Positions 1 to 10,325 of a stretch of 64,000 nucleotides of DNA are shown in pieces; position 1 is the stretch's first letter, and the number at the start of each line of letters is the position of its first letter. Position numbers and translations under genes: made by a program. Under the pieces are notes generated by a model that was given only the letters and a program-made list of their open reading frames with translations, did no database searches and was not told the origin of the DNA. Location of the stretch: assembly GCA_030706735.1 (NCBI GenBank), contig JAUZNZ010000014.1:54629-118628 (forward strand), given 5' to 3'. This DNA comes from Bacteroidota bacterium (GTDB lineage: Bacteria; Bacteroidota; Bacteroidia; Chitinophagales; Chitinophagaceae).

Positions 1-13
1 CGATGCAGCCATC

Positions 14-1036
14 ATGGCCATGAAAGGCGGATGGAAGAAGGTCCCCGACGCCAACATGCACTACGACAAGAACCAGGTGCGCATCAATCGTTGCGTGGAC
101 AGCATCGGCAAGCTCTTTCAATCTTCCCTTGCCGATCTGAAAGGGATCGATGCGGGCTGGTATCGGACCATGAGTGATCCCATGGTCGCGGGCGCGCCAC
201 CCGGATTCAACTTTAATTCGCTCTATAAACCCTGGTACTGCAATATCCATTTGCATAAAATGCTGCTCAGCGATGAGACGGGTACCTGGATTTGGGTCTA
301 TGTCAACACTGTGGGCAGTCTCTTTCAAAACCAGCATGTCGAAACCGGCTTGCAGGTGAATGGGATGACGATCTGCACCCAGCCGCTGCGAAAGGGATCC
401 TGGAAGGGTTACGACCTGTACTTCCCCGAGGGCCCTGGCGGAAGGGCTAAATTTGTCCTGCTCACGCACCGCAACCGGTTGCCCTGGAGACCCGTCACCC
501 AGCGGGAATACCTGATGGCCTGGCGGTCTTACGTTCAAAAAATGAAAGAGGGCTCCACGATAAATTTGGCCGCCATGCAGGCCGATGACCAAAAAGAGAT
601 CGAACACATCCAAAACAATCCGAACCTGAAGCCGGAGGTCAAGGAGATCCAGTTGAAAGCCATACAAAAGCGCGAAGCCATGTTTGCCGGGAACGCCAGC
701 GGGAATGCCAAGCTCGGCCAGGCCTTCGACGACAAGATCAGACTGATCGACGATTATCTTGCCCATCACTCCGAATCGACCCTGGCCCAGCCGGCCTGGG
801 TCTCTCCCAGCGCACATTCCGGCTTCGACGGCAGTTTTTCGAGCGAGGAGCTTGGAGGGATGTTGCAGGTGGTGCCGGATCCGGATTATTTTTCAAAAGA
901 TGTTCCCAGCTATGTGCCCCAGCTTATCATGATGGAATGGACCTGGGATAAAAATACCCCGAGCCTGCAGTTCACCCGCCAGCTCGAAGAGAATTTCCCG
1001 ATCGGCAGGCTCGCTGCGATGGTAGACAATCATTAA
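14..1036 (+). CDS. hypothetical protein, probably 5'-truncated by the window edge
   Basis: 340-aa ORF whose frame is open back to position 2. No family recognised. Same strand as, and 22 nt before, the next gene. Confidence 0.6.
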   Translation: MAMKGGWKKVPDANMHYDKNQVRINRCVDSIGKLFQSSLADLKGIDAGWYRTMSDPMVAGAPPGFNFNSLYKPWYCNIHLHKMLLSDETGTWIWVYVNTVGSLFQNQHVETGLQVNGMTICTQPLRKGSWKGYDLYFPEGPGGRAKFVLLTHRNRLPWRPVTQREYLMAWRSYVQKMKEGSTINLAAMQADDQKEIEHIQNNPNLKPEVKEIQLKAIQKREAMFAGNASGNAKLGQAFDDKIRLIDDYLAHHSESTLAQPAWVSPSAHSGFDGSFSSEELGGMLQVVPDPDYFSKDVPSYVPQLIMMEWTWDKNTPSLQFTRQLEENFPIGRLAAMVDNH

Positions 1037-1058
1037 CACAAGCCCTAAAATTCCTGTT

Positions 1059-2468
1059 GTGAAAAAGAATCTTATTTTCCTGTTGATCCTCTTGCTGGCC
1101 GTAACGGCAAACGGGCAGAAAGAACATTTTGACATCGCCACCTTCATTGCTCCCAAAGGCTGGCAACGAGCCGATACCAATGGCGTGTTGCAGTTCTTCA
1201 AATTCCGGGATCCCCACAGCGTGGCCAGCTTTTGCCAGATCTTTCTCTACCCCAGCCGGGAAAGCGGAACAGACCCCATGGAGAACTTCAATGCGGAATG
1301 GAATACCCATGTGGTGGCGTGGGCGGGGATGAATGGCGATCCCAGACCTCAGGCCGGCAAGCCCGACAAGGGATGGACGCCCGTGACCGGTCATGTAAGC
1401 ACGCAGAACAACGGAGTCATCTATAATTGTATCCTCATCTCGGCGACGGGATACGGACGCGTGATGAGCATCGTGATCAATATGGCAGGCCAGGACTACG
1501 CGGCCGATGCGGAGAAATTCCTGAATCAACTCGACCTGGACGTCCATGGGGCCCGCGGCAACCAGTTCGCGGGACCGGGCAGCCGGACGACAGCGGGCCC
1601 GGCCTCCGGCGGCCAGACCTCCAGCGGCGCGGCCTCCCTTGACGATTATATATATACGGCTCCGCCCGGATGGGTGTCGCAGCGATTTGCCGACGGCATT
1701 GTACTGAGCCCGGCTCCCCCGAACCCGGAGCGATGCAATCTCACCATACACCTGTTACGGCCCGCAGGCCCCAACCTGGTGACGGACGCCGGCCAGATCT
1801 TCAATGAAGTTTTTACGGGCTTTGTCGGCAAGGAAGGAATGACGTCGAATTCCGTGATCAGGGGAACCTCCGTGCAAGGATGGGACTATTACATCATCAA
1901 GGCGGCAATCGGGCGGCCCGGCGGGAATTACCAAACCCTGTTCGGCTTCGTCTGTGTGATCAGGCTGGGGAATCAGCTGGCTTCCATTTCCGGCATTTCC
2001 AAGGACCCCCTCGTGAGTTCCTGCTTCGGGCTGGCCCTGACGGATGTATGGCCGAAATTCTTTTATAGCCTGCAATTCAGGAGCTGGGATAAAAGGCTCC
2101 CCGAAGGAGAAATGATGAAAAGAATGGCGGGTACCTGGATGATGGCCACGGCCACAGCGGGCGACCAAATCACCTTTGCACCTAATGGTCGTTATGCCAA
2201 TGCGGCGGCCTCCCAGCAATATGGCTTTACCTCCACCTCGGCGGTGACCATCACGGACGCCTATTTCGGGAATGGCGCCTATTCCGTCAAAGGGAACAAT
2301 ATCCTGCTCACCCAGGATAATGATAAGGCCCATCCCACCCCCGGCTGGTTCCGGCTCGAGGAGGAGAGCAAGGACAATGGAAATACCTGGAAGAAGAAAT
2401 TATACCTCACGCGCACCAGCACGGTGGACGGCACGGAATACGAGGTCGGCTTCACCAAACAACAGTGA
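1059..2468 (+). CDS. secreted hypothetical protein with two similar ~140-aa domains and a C-terminal beta-rich domain
   Basis: GTG start; signal peptide MKKNLIFLLILLLAVTANG-Q; repeated motif (F/Y)xAPxGW...C...GW...KFxxxL. Confidence 0.7.
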   Translation: MKKNLIFLLILLLAVTANGQKEHFDIATFIAPKGWQRADTNGVLQFFKFRDPHSVASFCQIFLYPSRESGTDPMENFNAEWNTHVVAWAGMNGDPRPQAGKPDKGWTPVTGHVSTQNNGVIYNCILISATGYGRVMSIVINMAGQDYAADAEKFLNQLDLDVHGARGNQFAGPGSRTTAGPASGGQTSSGAASLDDYIYTAPPGWVSQRFADGIVLSPAPPNPERCNLTIHLLRPAGPNLVTDAGQIFNEVFTGFVGKEGMTSNSVIRGTSVQGWDYYIIKAAIGRPGGNYQTLFGFVCVIRLGNQLASISGISKDPLVSSCFGLALTDVWPKFFYSLQFRSWDKRLPEGEMMKRMAGTWMMATATAGDQITFAPNGRYANAAASQQYGFTSTSAVTITDAYFGNGAYSVKGNNILLTQDNDKAHPTPGWFRLEEESKDNGNTWKKKLYLTRTSTVDGTEYEVGFTKQQ

Positions 2469-2504
2469 GCCAAACAACAGGTAGGCTCCCGGCCCGCGTG
2501 GGAT

Positions 2505-3827
2505 CTATCCCAGCAGGAAATCCTTCAGCTGTGAATAATCGGCCTCTACCCGGGTACTTTGCTTTTTCCGGCCGATCAGGGATTGTACGCTCTCCGGCAA
2601 GGGGATCTTTTCTCCCGTGATCGGTTCGACGACATCATAGAATTTGACCGGGTGGGCCGTCTCCAGGCAGATCCCTTTCAACTGCTCTCCCCCGGCAGAC
2701 CCCTGCTCGTCCAGGTAGCGCGCCAGGGCGAGATAACCAACGGCTCCATGCGGGTCGGCCAGATAATGATGGTTGGCTAGCAATTCACGGATCGTTGCCC
2801 TGGTCTCCTCATCGGAAATGCTATAGCTGGTCAACACGTTGGTCAGCGCATCGAATTCCTTGTGGAACAACTCGAGGATGCGCACAAAGTTGCTCGGATC
2901 ACCCACATCCATCGCGTTCGACAAGGTGGGGATGGCGGTCCGGGCCTGGTAGCGCCCGGTCTGCAGATACGAAGGCACGACGTTATTGGCATTGCAGGCA
3001 GCGATGAAATGGCGGACCGGCAGACCGGAGCGATGCGCCAGCAGGCCGGCGCAGATATTGCCGAAGTTCCCGCTGGGTACGCTGATCACCGGAGGGCGAT
3101 CCTTTTCAGGCCACTGCTGGTAGGCGAACAGGTAATAGAATTGCTGAGGCAGCCACCTGGCGACATTGATGGAGTTGGCCGACGTGAGGAAAAGCCGGCG
3201 GTTGAGCTCGGGATCGGCAAAGGCTTGTTTGACCATGCGCTGGCAGTCGTCGAAACTGCCGCTCACTTCCAGGGCGGAGATATTCTTTCCCAGGGTCGTC
3301 AACTGCAACTCCTGCACGGAGCTGACCTTCCCCGAGGGGTAGAGGATCACCACATTGACCCCGTCCACGTCATAAAAGCCATTCGCAACCGCACCGCCGG
3401 TATCCCCCGACGTGGCGACCAGTACCGTCACGCCACGACCTGCGGCGACCACGCCGTCCCGGACAAAATGACCGAGGCAACGGCTCATGAACCGGGCGCC
3501 CACGTCCTTAAAGGCCAGAGTGGGGCCATGAAAGAGTTCCAGGACGCTGATGGTATCCGTCACGGGGACCAACGGAAAGTCGAAGTGGATCGTTTCCCCG
3601 ATGATCCGTTGCAATTCAGTTTCCGGGATATCCTCCCCCACATAGGGACGGATAACCGAAAAGGCGATCTCCTCACGCGAATAACGGTCGATATGCCTGA
3701 TCAGATCATCCGGGAAGGCGGGGATGGATTCAGGAAAATACAATCCCTTGTCCGGGGCCTGTCCCTGTATGGTCGCCGTTCTGAAGCTGGCTGTCACGGA
3801 TGCATTATGGAGGCTGTAGTATTGCAT
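2505..3827 (-). CDS. thrC: threonine synthase
   Basis: PLP lysine motif LELFHGPTLAFKDVG, ATSGDTG, SVPSGNFGN; operon with thrA and thrB. Confidence 0.97.
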   Translation of the reverse strand: MQYYSLHNASVTASFRTATIQGQAPDKGLYFPESIPAFPDDLIRHIDRYSREEIAFSVIRPYVGEDIPETELQRIIGETIHFDFPLVPVTDTISVLELFHGPTLAFKDVGARFMSRCLGHFVRDGVVAAGRGVTVLVATSGDTGGAVANGFYDVDGVNVVILYPSGKVSSVQELQLTTLGKNISALEVSGSFDDCQRMVKQAFADPELNRRLFLTSANSINVARWLPQQFYYLFAYQQWPEKDRPPVISVPSGNFGNICAGLLAHRSGLPVRHFIAACNANNVVPSYLQTGRYQARTAIPTLSNAMDVGDPSNFVRILELFHKEFDALTNVLTSYSISDEETRATIRELLANHHYLADPHGAVGYLALARYLDEQGSAGGEQLKGICLETAHPVKFYDVVEPITGEKIPLPESVQSLIGRKKQSTRVEADYSQLKDFLLG

Positions 3828-3831
3828 GTTA

Positions 3832-4761
3832 TCAGGAATAGACCTTTACGCCTTCGCGATTGATGGTGGTGATATAGGTGTGATAGGACAACCCTATCTT
3901 TTCATAAATGCCCTTCATGCAGCCCTCTACGGCGCCGGCGATCGCGGCATCCCGGCTGAGCATGAAAATGGAAGGCCCGGAACCGGAGATCCCTCCGCCG
4001 AGGGCGCCGGCCTCCTTACATTGACGCTTGACCTCGTCGAAGCCCGGGATCAGGATGCTGCGTACCGGCTCGATGATGACGTCTTCCAGCGAACGTCCGA
4101 TCAGTTCATGATCGTCCCTCATCAGGCCGGCTACGAGACCTGCGATATTGCCCCACTGCCGGATGGCATCCTTCAACAGGACATTCTTGCGAAGGATCTG
4201 CCTGGCATCGGCGGTGCGCACCTCGATTTGCGGATGTACCACGGTTACATACAAGGACGGCGCAGGGATCGAAACGATATCGAGTGGGAAAATGGAGCGG
4301 ATGAGGGTAATTCCGCCGAAAATGCAGGGGGCGACATTGTCGGCGTGCTTGACGCCGGAGGCCACCTTTTCGCCGAACATGGCGAAGCGAACCAGATCCT
4401 GTTTGGAAAAAATATTCCCGAGCAGATGATTGGCGGCCACGACGGCTCCCGCGGCGCTGGCCGCACTGCTGCCGATGCCGCTGCCCGGCTTGATCTTCTT
4501 GTCGATGAGGACTTCGAAACCAAGGCCGGGACGGCTCGCTCCAAGTTCCTCCATTATCGCGAGCAATGGCGCTCCCGCCGTATTCTGTGCGGGATCCGAG
4601 GGCAGTGGGAAGCCATCCCGGCTACTAACGGTCACGAATGGCTCGTCAAGCAGGCCTACCTGCATGATGTCGCAGGGCTCTTCGAGGGCCATGCCCAGGA
4701 CATCGAATCCACAGACCAGGTTGGCGACCGTCGCCGGGGCTTTTATGGTTATTTGTTGCAT
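3832..4761 (-). CDS. thrB: homoserine kinase
   Basis: PATVANLVCGFD, GHMP motif IKPGSGIGSSAASA, HADNVAP. Confidence 0.97.
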   Translation of the reverse strand: MQQITIKAPATVANLVCGFDVLGMALEEPCDIMQVGLLDEPFVTVSSRDGFPLPSDPAQNTAGAPLLAIMEELGASRPGLGFEVLIDKKIKPGSGIGSSAASAAGAVVAANHLLGNIFSKQDLVRFAMFGEKVASGVKHADNVAPCIFGGITLIRSIFPLDIVSIPAPSLYVTVVHPQIEVRTADARQILRKNVLLKDAIRQWGNIAGLVAGLMRDDHELIGRSLEDVIIEPVRSILIPGFDEVKRQCKEAGALGGGISGSGPSIFMLSRDAAIAGAVEGCMKGIYEKIGLSYHTYITTINREGVKVYS

Positions 4762-4790
4762 GGCATGGGTTTGTTCACACTCTTGCTGTC

Positions 4791-7235
4791 TTACACTCTT
4801 GCCGTCCGGACGATATCGGCGAATACGCCGGAGGCCGTCACTTCCGCTCCCGCCCCGGCGCCCTTGATCACGAGCGGTTGCTGGGGATATCTGTCGGTGT
4901 AGAAGAGCACTACATTGTCTTTCCCGTACAAATGATACAGATCATGTTGGGGGTCGATATGCTGGAGCCCTACGGAAGCCTTGCCTGCCTCATAGCGCGC
5001 TACGAATTTCAGCTTTTTACCCGCACGCTCCGCGGCCTGGTACAGCTGCCGGAAATGATCCTCCTCCTTCGCCATGGCGGCATAAAAATCTTCCACGGAT
5101 CCCTGCATGCAGGACGCCGGCATGAAGGACTCGTTCCGGATCTCTTCCATCTCCATCTTCTCTCCCGCCTCCCGGGCCAGGATCATGATCTTTCGCATGA
5201 CGTCGGTGCCGCTGAGATCGAGGCGGGGATCGGGCTCCGTATATCCTTCGTCCTGGGCCTGCCGGACGACCTCGGCAAAAGGCCGTTCGGCATGGTAGTT
5301 ATTGAATACGAAGTTCAGCGTCCCGCTGAGCACGGCTTCGATGCGGGTCACCTTGTCGCCGCTACGGAGCAGGTCATTGAGCGTGCCGATAACGGGCAAC
5401 CCCGCGCCGACATTCGTCTCGAAGAGGAAAAGCGAATTGAACTCCCTGGACAGGTCCTTCAGTTCCTTGTAATACCCATACGGTGACGAACAGGCGATCT
5501 TGTTGCAGGCTACTATGGAAATGCTCTTTTGCAGGAGGCGATCATAGCAACCCGCGACCTCCGCATTGGCCGTGACGTCGCAAAAGACGGCATTGCGCAG
5601 GTTCTTCGACATAATGCCACTGAGCCAACTCTCGAGGTTCATCGGACTTCCTGCGGCCAGTGCCGTTTTCCAGCTATTCAGGTCGATACCTTCGTCGCTC
5701 AGCAACATCTTCTTGCTGTTCGCAATGCCGATGACACGAACCTGCAGGCGGAGCATTTTTTGGAGATAGGCCTGCTGCTGCCGCAGCTGATCCAGCAGGC
5801 GGCTGCCCACATTGCCGGTTCCGGTGATAAACAAGTTCAGCTGTTTATACGTCGTTTCGAAGAACTCCTCATGCAGGATGTTGATCCCTTTCTTGACGTC
5901 CCGGGTGGCGATGACCGCAGAAATATTCCGTTCCGAAGAACCCTGCGCGATGGCGCGCACATTCACCCCATTCCTACCCAATGCGCCGAACATTTTCCCG
6001 CTGATGCCGGGATGACTCTTCATGTGATCGCCTACCAGCGCGATGATCGACAGCTCCTTTTCGATGATCAGTGGCTCTACCTTGCCGGTTTGGATCTCAT
6101 GATCGAATGCCGCATCGACGCAATCTTTGGCAAGCGACGCATTTGGCTGGTCGATGCCCACGCAAATGGAGTGCTCCGAAGATCCCTGGGTGATGAGAAT
6201 GACATTGATCTTCTCACTGGACAGCGCTTCGAACAGTCGCTTGGAAAAGCCGGGTATGCCGACCATCCCGCTGCCCTCGAGGCTCAGCAGGGCGATCCCG
6301 CCGATGCTGGAGATGCCGCGGATCGTATTTCCGTTTCGGAAAGAGTCGGATTCAATGACGGTCCCCTGGTCTGCGGGCGCGAAGGTATTCTTGATCCAGA
6401 CGGGAATGTTCTTGCTCATGACCGGCTGGATCGTCGGCGGATAAATGACCTTGGCGCCGAAATGGGACAACTCCATCGCCTCCTGATAGGAAATGCGCGG
6501 GATAAGTCGGGTATTGGCAACGAGGCGCGGATCGGCGGTCATCATGCCGGAGACATCGGTCCAGATCTCCACCACGGTCGCGTCGAGGGCCGCCGCCAGG
6601 ATGGCTGCGCTGTAGTCGGAACCCCCTCTGCCAAGTGTGGTGGTGATCCCTTTGCCGTCTGCCGCGACGAATCCCGGCATGATGAAGAGATCATCCTTTG
6701 CACCGTCAAAATAATGGCGGATCCGCGCGTCCGTTGCCGGGAAATCGACCGCGGCATATCCGAAATGGGAGTCCGTTACGATGACCTCGCGGGAATCCTT
6801 CCAGGCGTTCGCGTGGCCGCTCGCCGAAAAGCGGGCGGCAATGATCTGTGATGACAGCAGTTCGCCATAGCTGACGATCTTGTCCTGGGTCCTGGCGGAC
6901 AATTCATTCAGGAGGAATACGCCGTTGCAGATATCCTCTATCTCATTGCATCGCGTCTTGACCAAACTGAGCAGCTGACTTTGCCGGGTGAGGGGCAGAA
7001 GGCATTTGACGGTATCGAGGTGACGCTGTTCGACCAATTGTAATTTCTCTTTGTAGGACTCGTCGCCCGCCGCGGCCAGTGCGCCGGCCTGAAGCAGGGT
7101 GTCCGTTATTCCTCCGAGCGCTGAGACGACCACGACGGTGGGGCCTTTCCGAAGTGCCATCCTGACGATATCGACCACTTTATTGATGTTCTCTGCATTG
7201 GCTACGGAGGTTCCACCGAATTTTAATACCTGCAT
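4791..7235 (-). CDS. thrA: bifunctional aspartate kinase / homoserine dehydrogenase I
   Basis: VLKFGGTSV, TTLGRGGSDYSA, two ACT domains, GTGNVGS, ETNVGAGLP, GAGAGAEVTA. Confidence 0.97.
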   Translation of the reverse strand: MQVLKFGGTSVANAENINKVVDIVRMALRKGPTVVVVSALGGITDTLLQAGALAAAGDESYKEKLQLVEQRHLDTVKCLLPLTRQSQLLSLVKTRCNEIEDICNGVFLLNELSARTQDKIVSYGELLSSQIIAARFSASGHANAWKDSREVIVTDSHFGYAAVDFPATDARIRHYFDGAKDDLFIMPGFVAADGKGITTTLGRGGSDYSAAILAAALDATVVEIWTDVSGMMTADPRLVANTRLIPRISYQEAMELSHFGAKVIYPPTIQPVMSKNIPVWIKNTFAPADQGTVIESDSFRNGNTIRGISSIGGIALLSLEGSGMVGIPGFSKRLFEALSSEKINVILITQGSSEHSICVGIDQPNASLAKDCVDAAFDHEIQTGKVEPLIIEKELSIIALVGDHMKSHPGISGKMFGALGRNGVNVRAIAQGSSERNISAVIATRDVKKGINILHEEFFETTYKQLNLFITGTGNVGSRLLDQLRQQQAYLQKMLRLQVRVIGIANSKKMLLSDEGIDLNSWKTALAAGSPMNLESWLSGIMSKNLRNAVFCDVTANAEVAGCYDRLLQKSISIVACNKIACSSPYGYYKELKDLSREFNSLFLFETNVGAGLPVIGTLNDLLRSGDKVTRIEAVLSGTLNFVFNNYHAERPFAEVVRQAQDEGYTEPDPRLDLSGTDVMRKIMILAREAGEKMEMEEIRNESFMPASCMQGSVEDFYAAMAKEEDHFRQLYQAAERAGKKLKFVARYEAGKASVGLQHIDPQHDLYHLYGKDNVVLFYTDRYPQQPLVIKGAGAGAEVTASGVFADIVRTARV

Positions 7236-7313
7236 AAAAGGAATGATTTGACGAAAATGGGTGATTTTTGATTTCTGTCAGCTTCAGGAGAAGCCCATTG
7301 GTTAATATGGAGA

Positions 7314-7336
7314 AACACAACCCTTAACGGGTTGTT
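7314..7336 (-). terminator. hairpin ACAACCC-GTTAA-GGGTTGT followed by a weak U tract (GTTTCT); attenuator candidate
   Basis: 7-bp perfect stem read directly (plus 7316-7334); it overlaps the last codons of the Thr-rich leader ORF. Confidence 0.55.
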
Positions 7337-7425
7337 CCGGTGGTAATGGTCGTAGTGAATGCAGCCGCCGACGAAGACGTCAGGACGGAAAAGGAGGAGA
7401 CAATATCGTGTGTTTTATAGACCAC
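7324..7425 (-). CDS. thr operon leader peptide, MVYKTHDIVSSFSVLTSSSAAAFTTTITTGTTR (33 aa)
   Basis: Hand-translated GTG..TAA ORF absent from the ORF track; 7 of the last 10 codons are Thr; lies between a promoter-like motif and thrA. Confidence 0.8.
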   Translation of the reverse strand: MVYKTHDIVSSFSVLTSSSAAAFTTTITTGTTR

Positions 7426-7440
7426 TGTGAAAAAGGAGTT

Positions 7441-7472
7441 GCTAAGGTAGGCAAATTCGATGAAAAAACAAT
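7441..7472 (-). promoter_or_regulatory. putative Bacteroidota housekeeping promoter for the thr leader (ATTG-N19-TACCTTAGC)
   Basis: Near match to the -33 TTTG / -7 TAnnTTTG consensus with 19-nt spacing. Confidence 0.5.
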
Positions 7473-7571
7473 ATGTAAGGGTTTTTTTAAAGGAAATGGA
7501 CTAATTTAGCCCTTAGGTTTGATTTACTACTGCTTGTCAGCCAAATTCCTCGAAATTTTTAAATTGTCAGT

Positions 7572-10166
7572 ATGAGCTACCAGTCTTCCCAGGGGTTGCA
7601 GCAGTTCAAGAACCTGGTTGGGATAAAATTCCAGCTTTACAATAGTTTATTTACCTCCCTGCCCTTTCACCGGATCGAGAAGACGGGCATCCTGCTATCC
7701 CTGCTGCTGACGGTCTGTGAAGACGGTTATAAGAAAAAATTAAGTCCCCAGCAGATCCTGGACGAATTCTTTCAAAAGCACACGACCTATACCAGCGAGC
7801 GGGACCGTGCCGACATCATGTTCCGATTCGTACAGTACGTCGAGCGGCAGATCGTGCTCTTCGATGCGCTGGAAGATGCCGCTTTTCGCCATGTGAACGA
7901 TATGGGCGGGACGGGAACCGTGAAGCATCTCATCTCCGAGATCCTGCAGACCAACAAGGAGGAGGAACTGACTGAAAAGCTGAAAGACTATTCTGTGCGG
8001 ATGGTCCTGACTGCTCATCCCACGCAATTTTATCCCGGCGCCGTCCTGGGGATCATCAATGACCTCTCGCGGGCCGTCGTCGAGAATAATGCGGGGGAGA
8101 TCAACCTGTACATGCAACAGTTAGGCAAGACGCCTTTTTTGAAGAAGCAAAAGCCGACACCCTACGATGAAGCGGTCAGCCTGATCTGGTATTTGGAGAA
8201 TGTTTTTTATGCGGCCTGCGGGAAGATCATCAGCAGCCTCCAAAATCAATTCCCGCATGCGCTCGACAAAAAGAATGCCGTGATCAAGATGGGCTTTTGG
8301 CCGGGCGGCGACCGTGACGGCAACCCCTTCGTAAATACCGAGACCACGCTGCGCGTGGCGGATGCCTTGCGGGGGGCGATCATCAAATGTTATTACCTCG
8401 ACGTGCGCAGGCTGAAACGCCGGCTCACGTTCAAGGGCGTCGACACGGTGCTGACCGAACTGGAGCAGAAGCTGTTCAATAACCTGTTCATCCCCGATCA
8501 TAAGAGCGACCTGTCGCCGCAGGATCTCCTCAAGCCCCTGGTCGAGATCAGGGAAACGATCATCTACCAGCACAATAGCCTCTTCGTGAACCTCGTAGAC
8601 AGCCTGATCGGAAAGGTCATGATCTTCGGGCTCCACTTTGCCACCCTGGATCTCAGGCAGGACAGCGTGGTGCATGGCGCCGTACTGGCGGCCATTGCGG
8701 CCGCGGAAAAGCTGGTGCCGGCAGACTACGCATCCATGAGCGAGGCGGAGAAATCTTCCGTCCTCACGGGGCTGACCGGTACGGCGAAACCCGAGCTGTA
8801 TGAAGATCCCCTGGTCAGCGACACGCTGCGCTCCCTGGCGGCGGTGAAAACGATCCAGACCCTGAACGGCGAAGAGGGTTGTAACCGGTACATCATCAGT
8901 CAATGCAATAGCGCGTTGAACGTGCTCGAAGTATTCGGGCTGTTCCTGCTGAGCGGATGGAAAAAAGATAAGCTGGCCGTGGATATCGTTCCCTTGTTCG
9001 AAACGGTGGACGACCTTCAGCGGGCCTCGGCGATCATGAAGGAATTATATGAGAACAAGACCTATAAGCGTCATCTGCAGCAACGTAACAATATGCAGAC
9101 GATCATGCTGGGCTTTTCCGATGGGACGAAGGACGGAGGATATCTGATGGCGAACTGGGGCATTTATAAGGCGAAGGAAGAACTGTCGCATATCTCCAAA
9201 GAATATGGCATCAAGGTGGTATTCTTCGATGGCCGCGGAGGCCCGCCGGCACGGGGTGGGGGCAAGACCCATAAATTCTATGCCTCGATGGGAAAGAATA
9301 TTGCCAATCGCCAGATCCAGCTTACCATCCAGGGCCAGACGGTCAGCTCCAATTTCGGGACCATCGACACGGCGCAATATAATATCGAGCAGCTCCTGCA
9401 TGCGGGTATCTCCAATGACCTGTTCTCATCCAAGGAGGTGACCTTGAAAGACGACGAGGAGGAACTGTTGCAGGAGTTGGCGGAAGAGAGCTACAAGGCC
9501 TACTCCACACTAAAAGAACATCCTTCTTTCCTGCAGTATTTAAATGAGGTCAGCCCCTTGCGATTCTACAATGAAACGAATATTGCCAGCCGGCCCACCC
9601 GGCGGAAGAATTCCGGCAAGCTGGAATTGAAAGATCTGCGCGCCATTCCCTATGTGGGATCCTGGAGCCAGATCAAGCAGAACGTGACCGGCTACTACGG
9701 CGTGGGGAAGGCCCTTCAGGTCCTGGACAAAAAGGGGAAATGGAAAGCGATCAAGCAATTATATGCCGATTCGATGTTCTTCAAGACCCTTCTCGATAAT
9801 TGCGAAATGGCGATGAAGAAATGCTTCTTCCCGCTTACGGAGCACTATTCCAGGGACCCGGTCTACGGCGAGATCTGGATGATGATCTATAACGAATTCG
9901 AACTGACGCAGAAATACATCTTTTCGCTTTCGGGCAAGAATGAACTGATGGCCGACTATCCCGTGGAACAACTGTCCATCCAGATGCGGGAGCGGATCGT
10001 CCTGCCGCTGAGTACCATCCAGCAATATGCGTTATGCAAATTCCAGCAATTCGAAAAGAGCGACAAACCCCAGAAGGGCGAAGAGAAGGCGTTGAAAGAG
10101 GCCTACGAGAAACTCATCATTCGCAGTTCCTTCGGGATCATCAACGCCGCGCGGAATTCCGCCTGA
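7572..10166 (+). CDS. ppc: phosphoenolpyruvate carboxylase
   Basis: VLTAHPTQ, WPGGDRDGNPFV, MLGFSDGTKDGG, FFDGRGGPPARGGG, LRAIP, C-terminal GIINAARNSA. Confidence 0.96.
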   Translation: MSYQSSQGLQQFKNLVGIKFQLYNSLFTSLPFHRIEKTGILLSLLLTVCEDGYKKKLSPQQILDEFFQKHTTYTSERDRADIMFRFVQYVERQIVLFDALEDAAFRHVNDMGGTGTVKHLISEILQTNKEEELTEKLKDYSVRMVLTAHPTQFYPGAVLGIINDLSRAVVENNAGEINLYMQQLGKTPFLKKQKPTPYDEAVSLIWYLENVFYAACGKIISSLQNQFPHALDKKNAVIKMGFWPGGDRDGNPFVNTETTLRVADALRGAIIKCYYLDVRRLKRRLTFKGVDTVLTELEQKLFNNLFIPDHKSDLSPQDLLKPLVEIRETIIYQHNSLFVNLVDSLIGKVMIFGLHFATLDLRQDSVVHGAVLAAIAAAEKLVPADYASMSEAEKSSVLTGLTGTAKPELYEDPLVSDTLRSLAAVKTIQTLNGEEGCNRYIISQCNSALNVLEVFGLFLLSGWKKDKLAVDIVPLFETVDDLQRASAIMKELYENKTYKRHLQQRNNMQTIMLGFSDGTKDGGYLMANWGIYKAKEELSHISKEYGIKVVFFDGRGGPPARGGGKTHKFYASMGKNIANRQIQLTIQGQTVSSNFGTIDTAQYNIEQLLHAGISNDLFSSKEVTLKDDEEELLQELAEESYKAYSTLKEHPSFLQYLNEVSPLRFYNETNIASRPTRRKNSGKLELKDLRAIPYVGSWSQIKQNVTGYYGVGKALQVLDKKGKWKAIKQLYADSMFFKTLLDNCEMAMKKCFFPLTEHYSRDPVYGEIWMMIYNEFELTQKYIFSLSGKNELMADYPVEQLSIQMRERIVLPLSTIQQYALCKFQQFEKSDKPQKGEEKALKEAYEKLIIRSSFGIINAARNSA

Positions 10167-10325
10167 GGATCTCCTCCGGCCTGTCCTTTTCAAAATGAAA
10201 AACTTTTTTCCCGATTTAACAAGGGTGCGGCAGATTGCCTGTTGCCGTCCCGGCTCCCCTTTTTTGTCTGAAACCCCCGGCAATCCTGAGCCCGGAGCCG
10301 GTTTTCCCGCGATCCCCGGCTGCAT

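Noticed and set aside
5529-6851. Long antisense ORFs (e.g. 5529-6851+, 14759-16225+, 17682-19820+, 25052-26626+, 36098-38170-, 38591-40333-, 45150-46916-)
   Set aside because: They lie opposite well-supported genes and have no recognisable motifs. They are typical shadow ORFs of GC-rich coding DNA.
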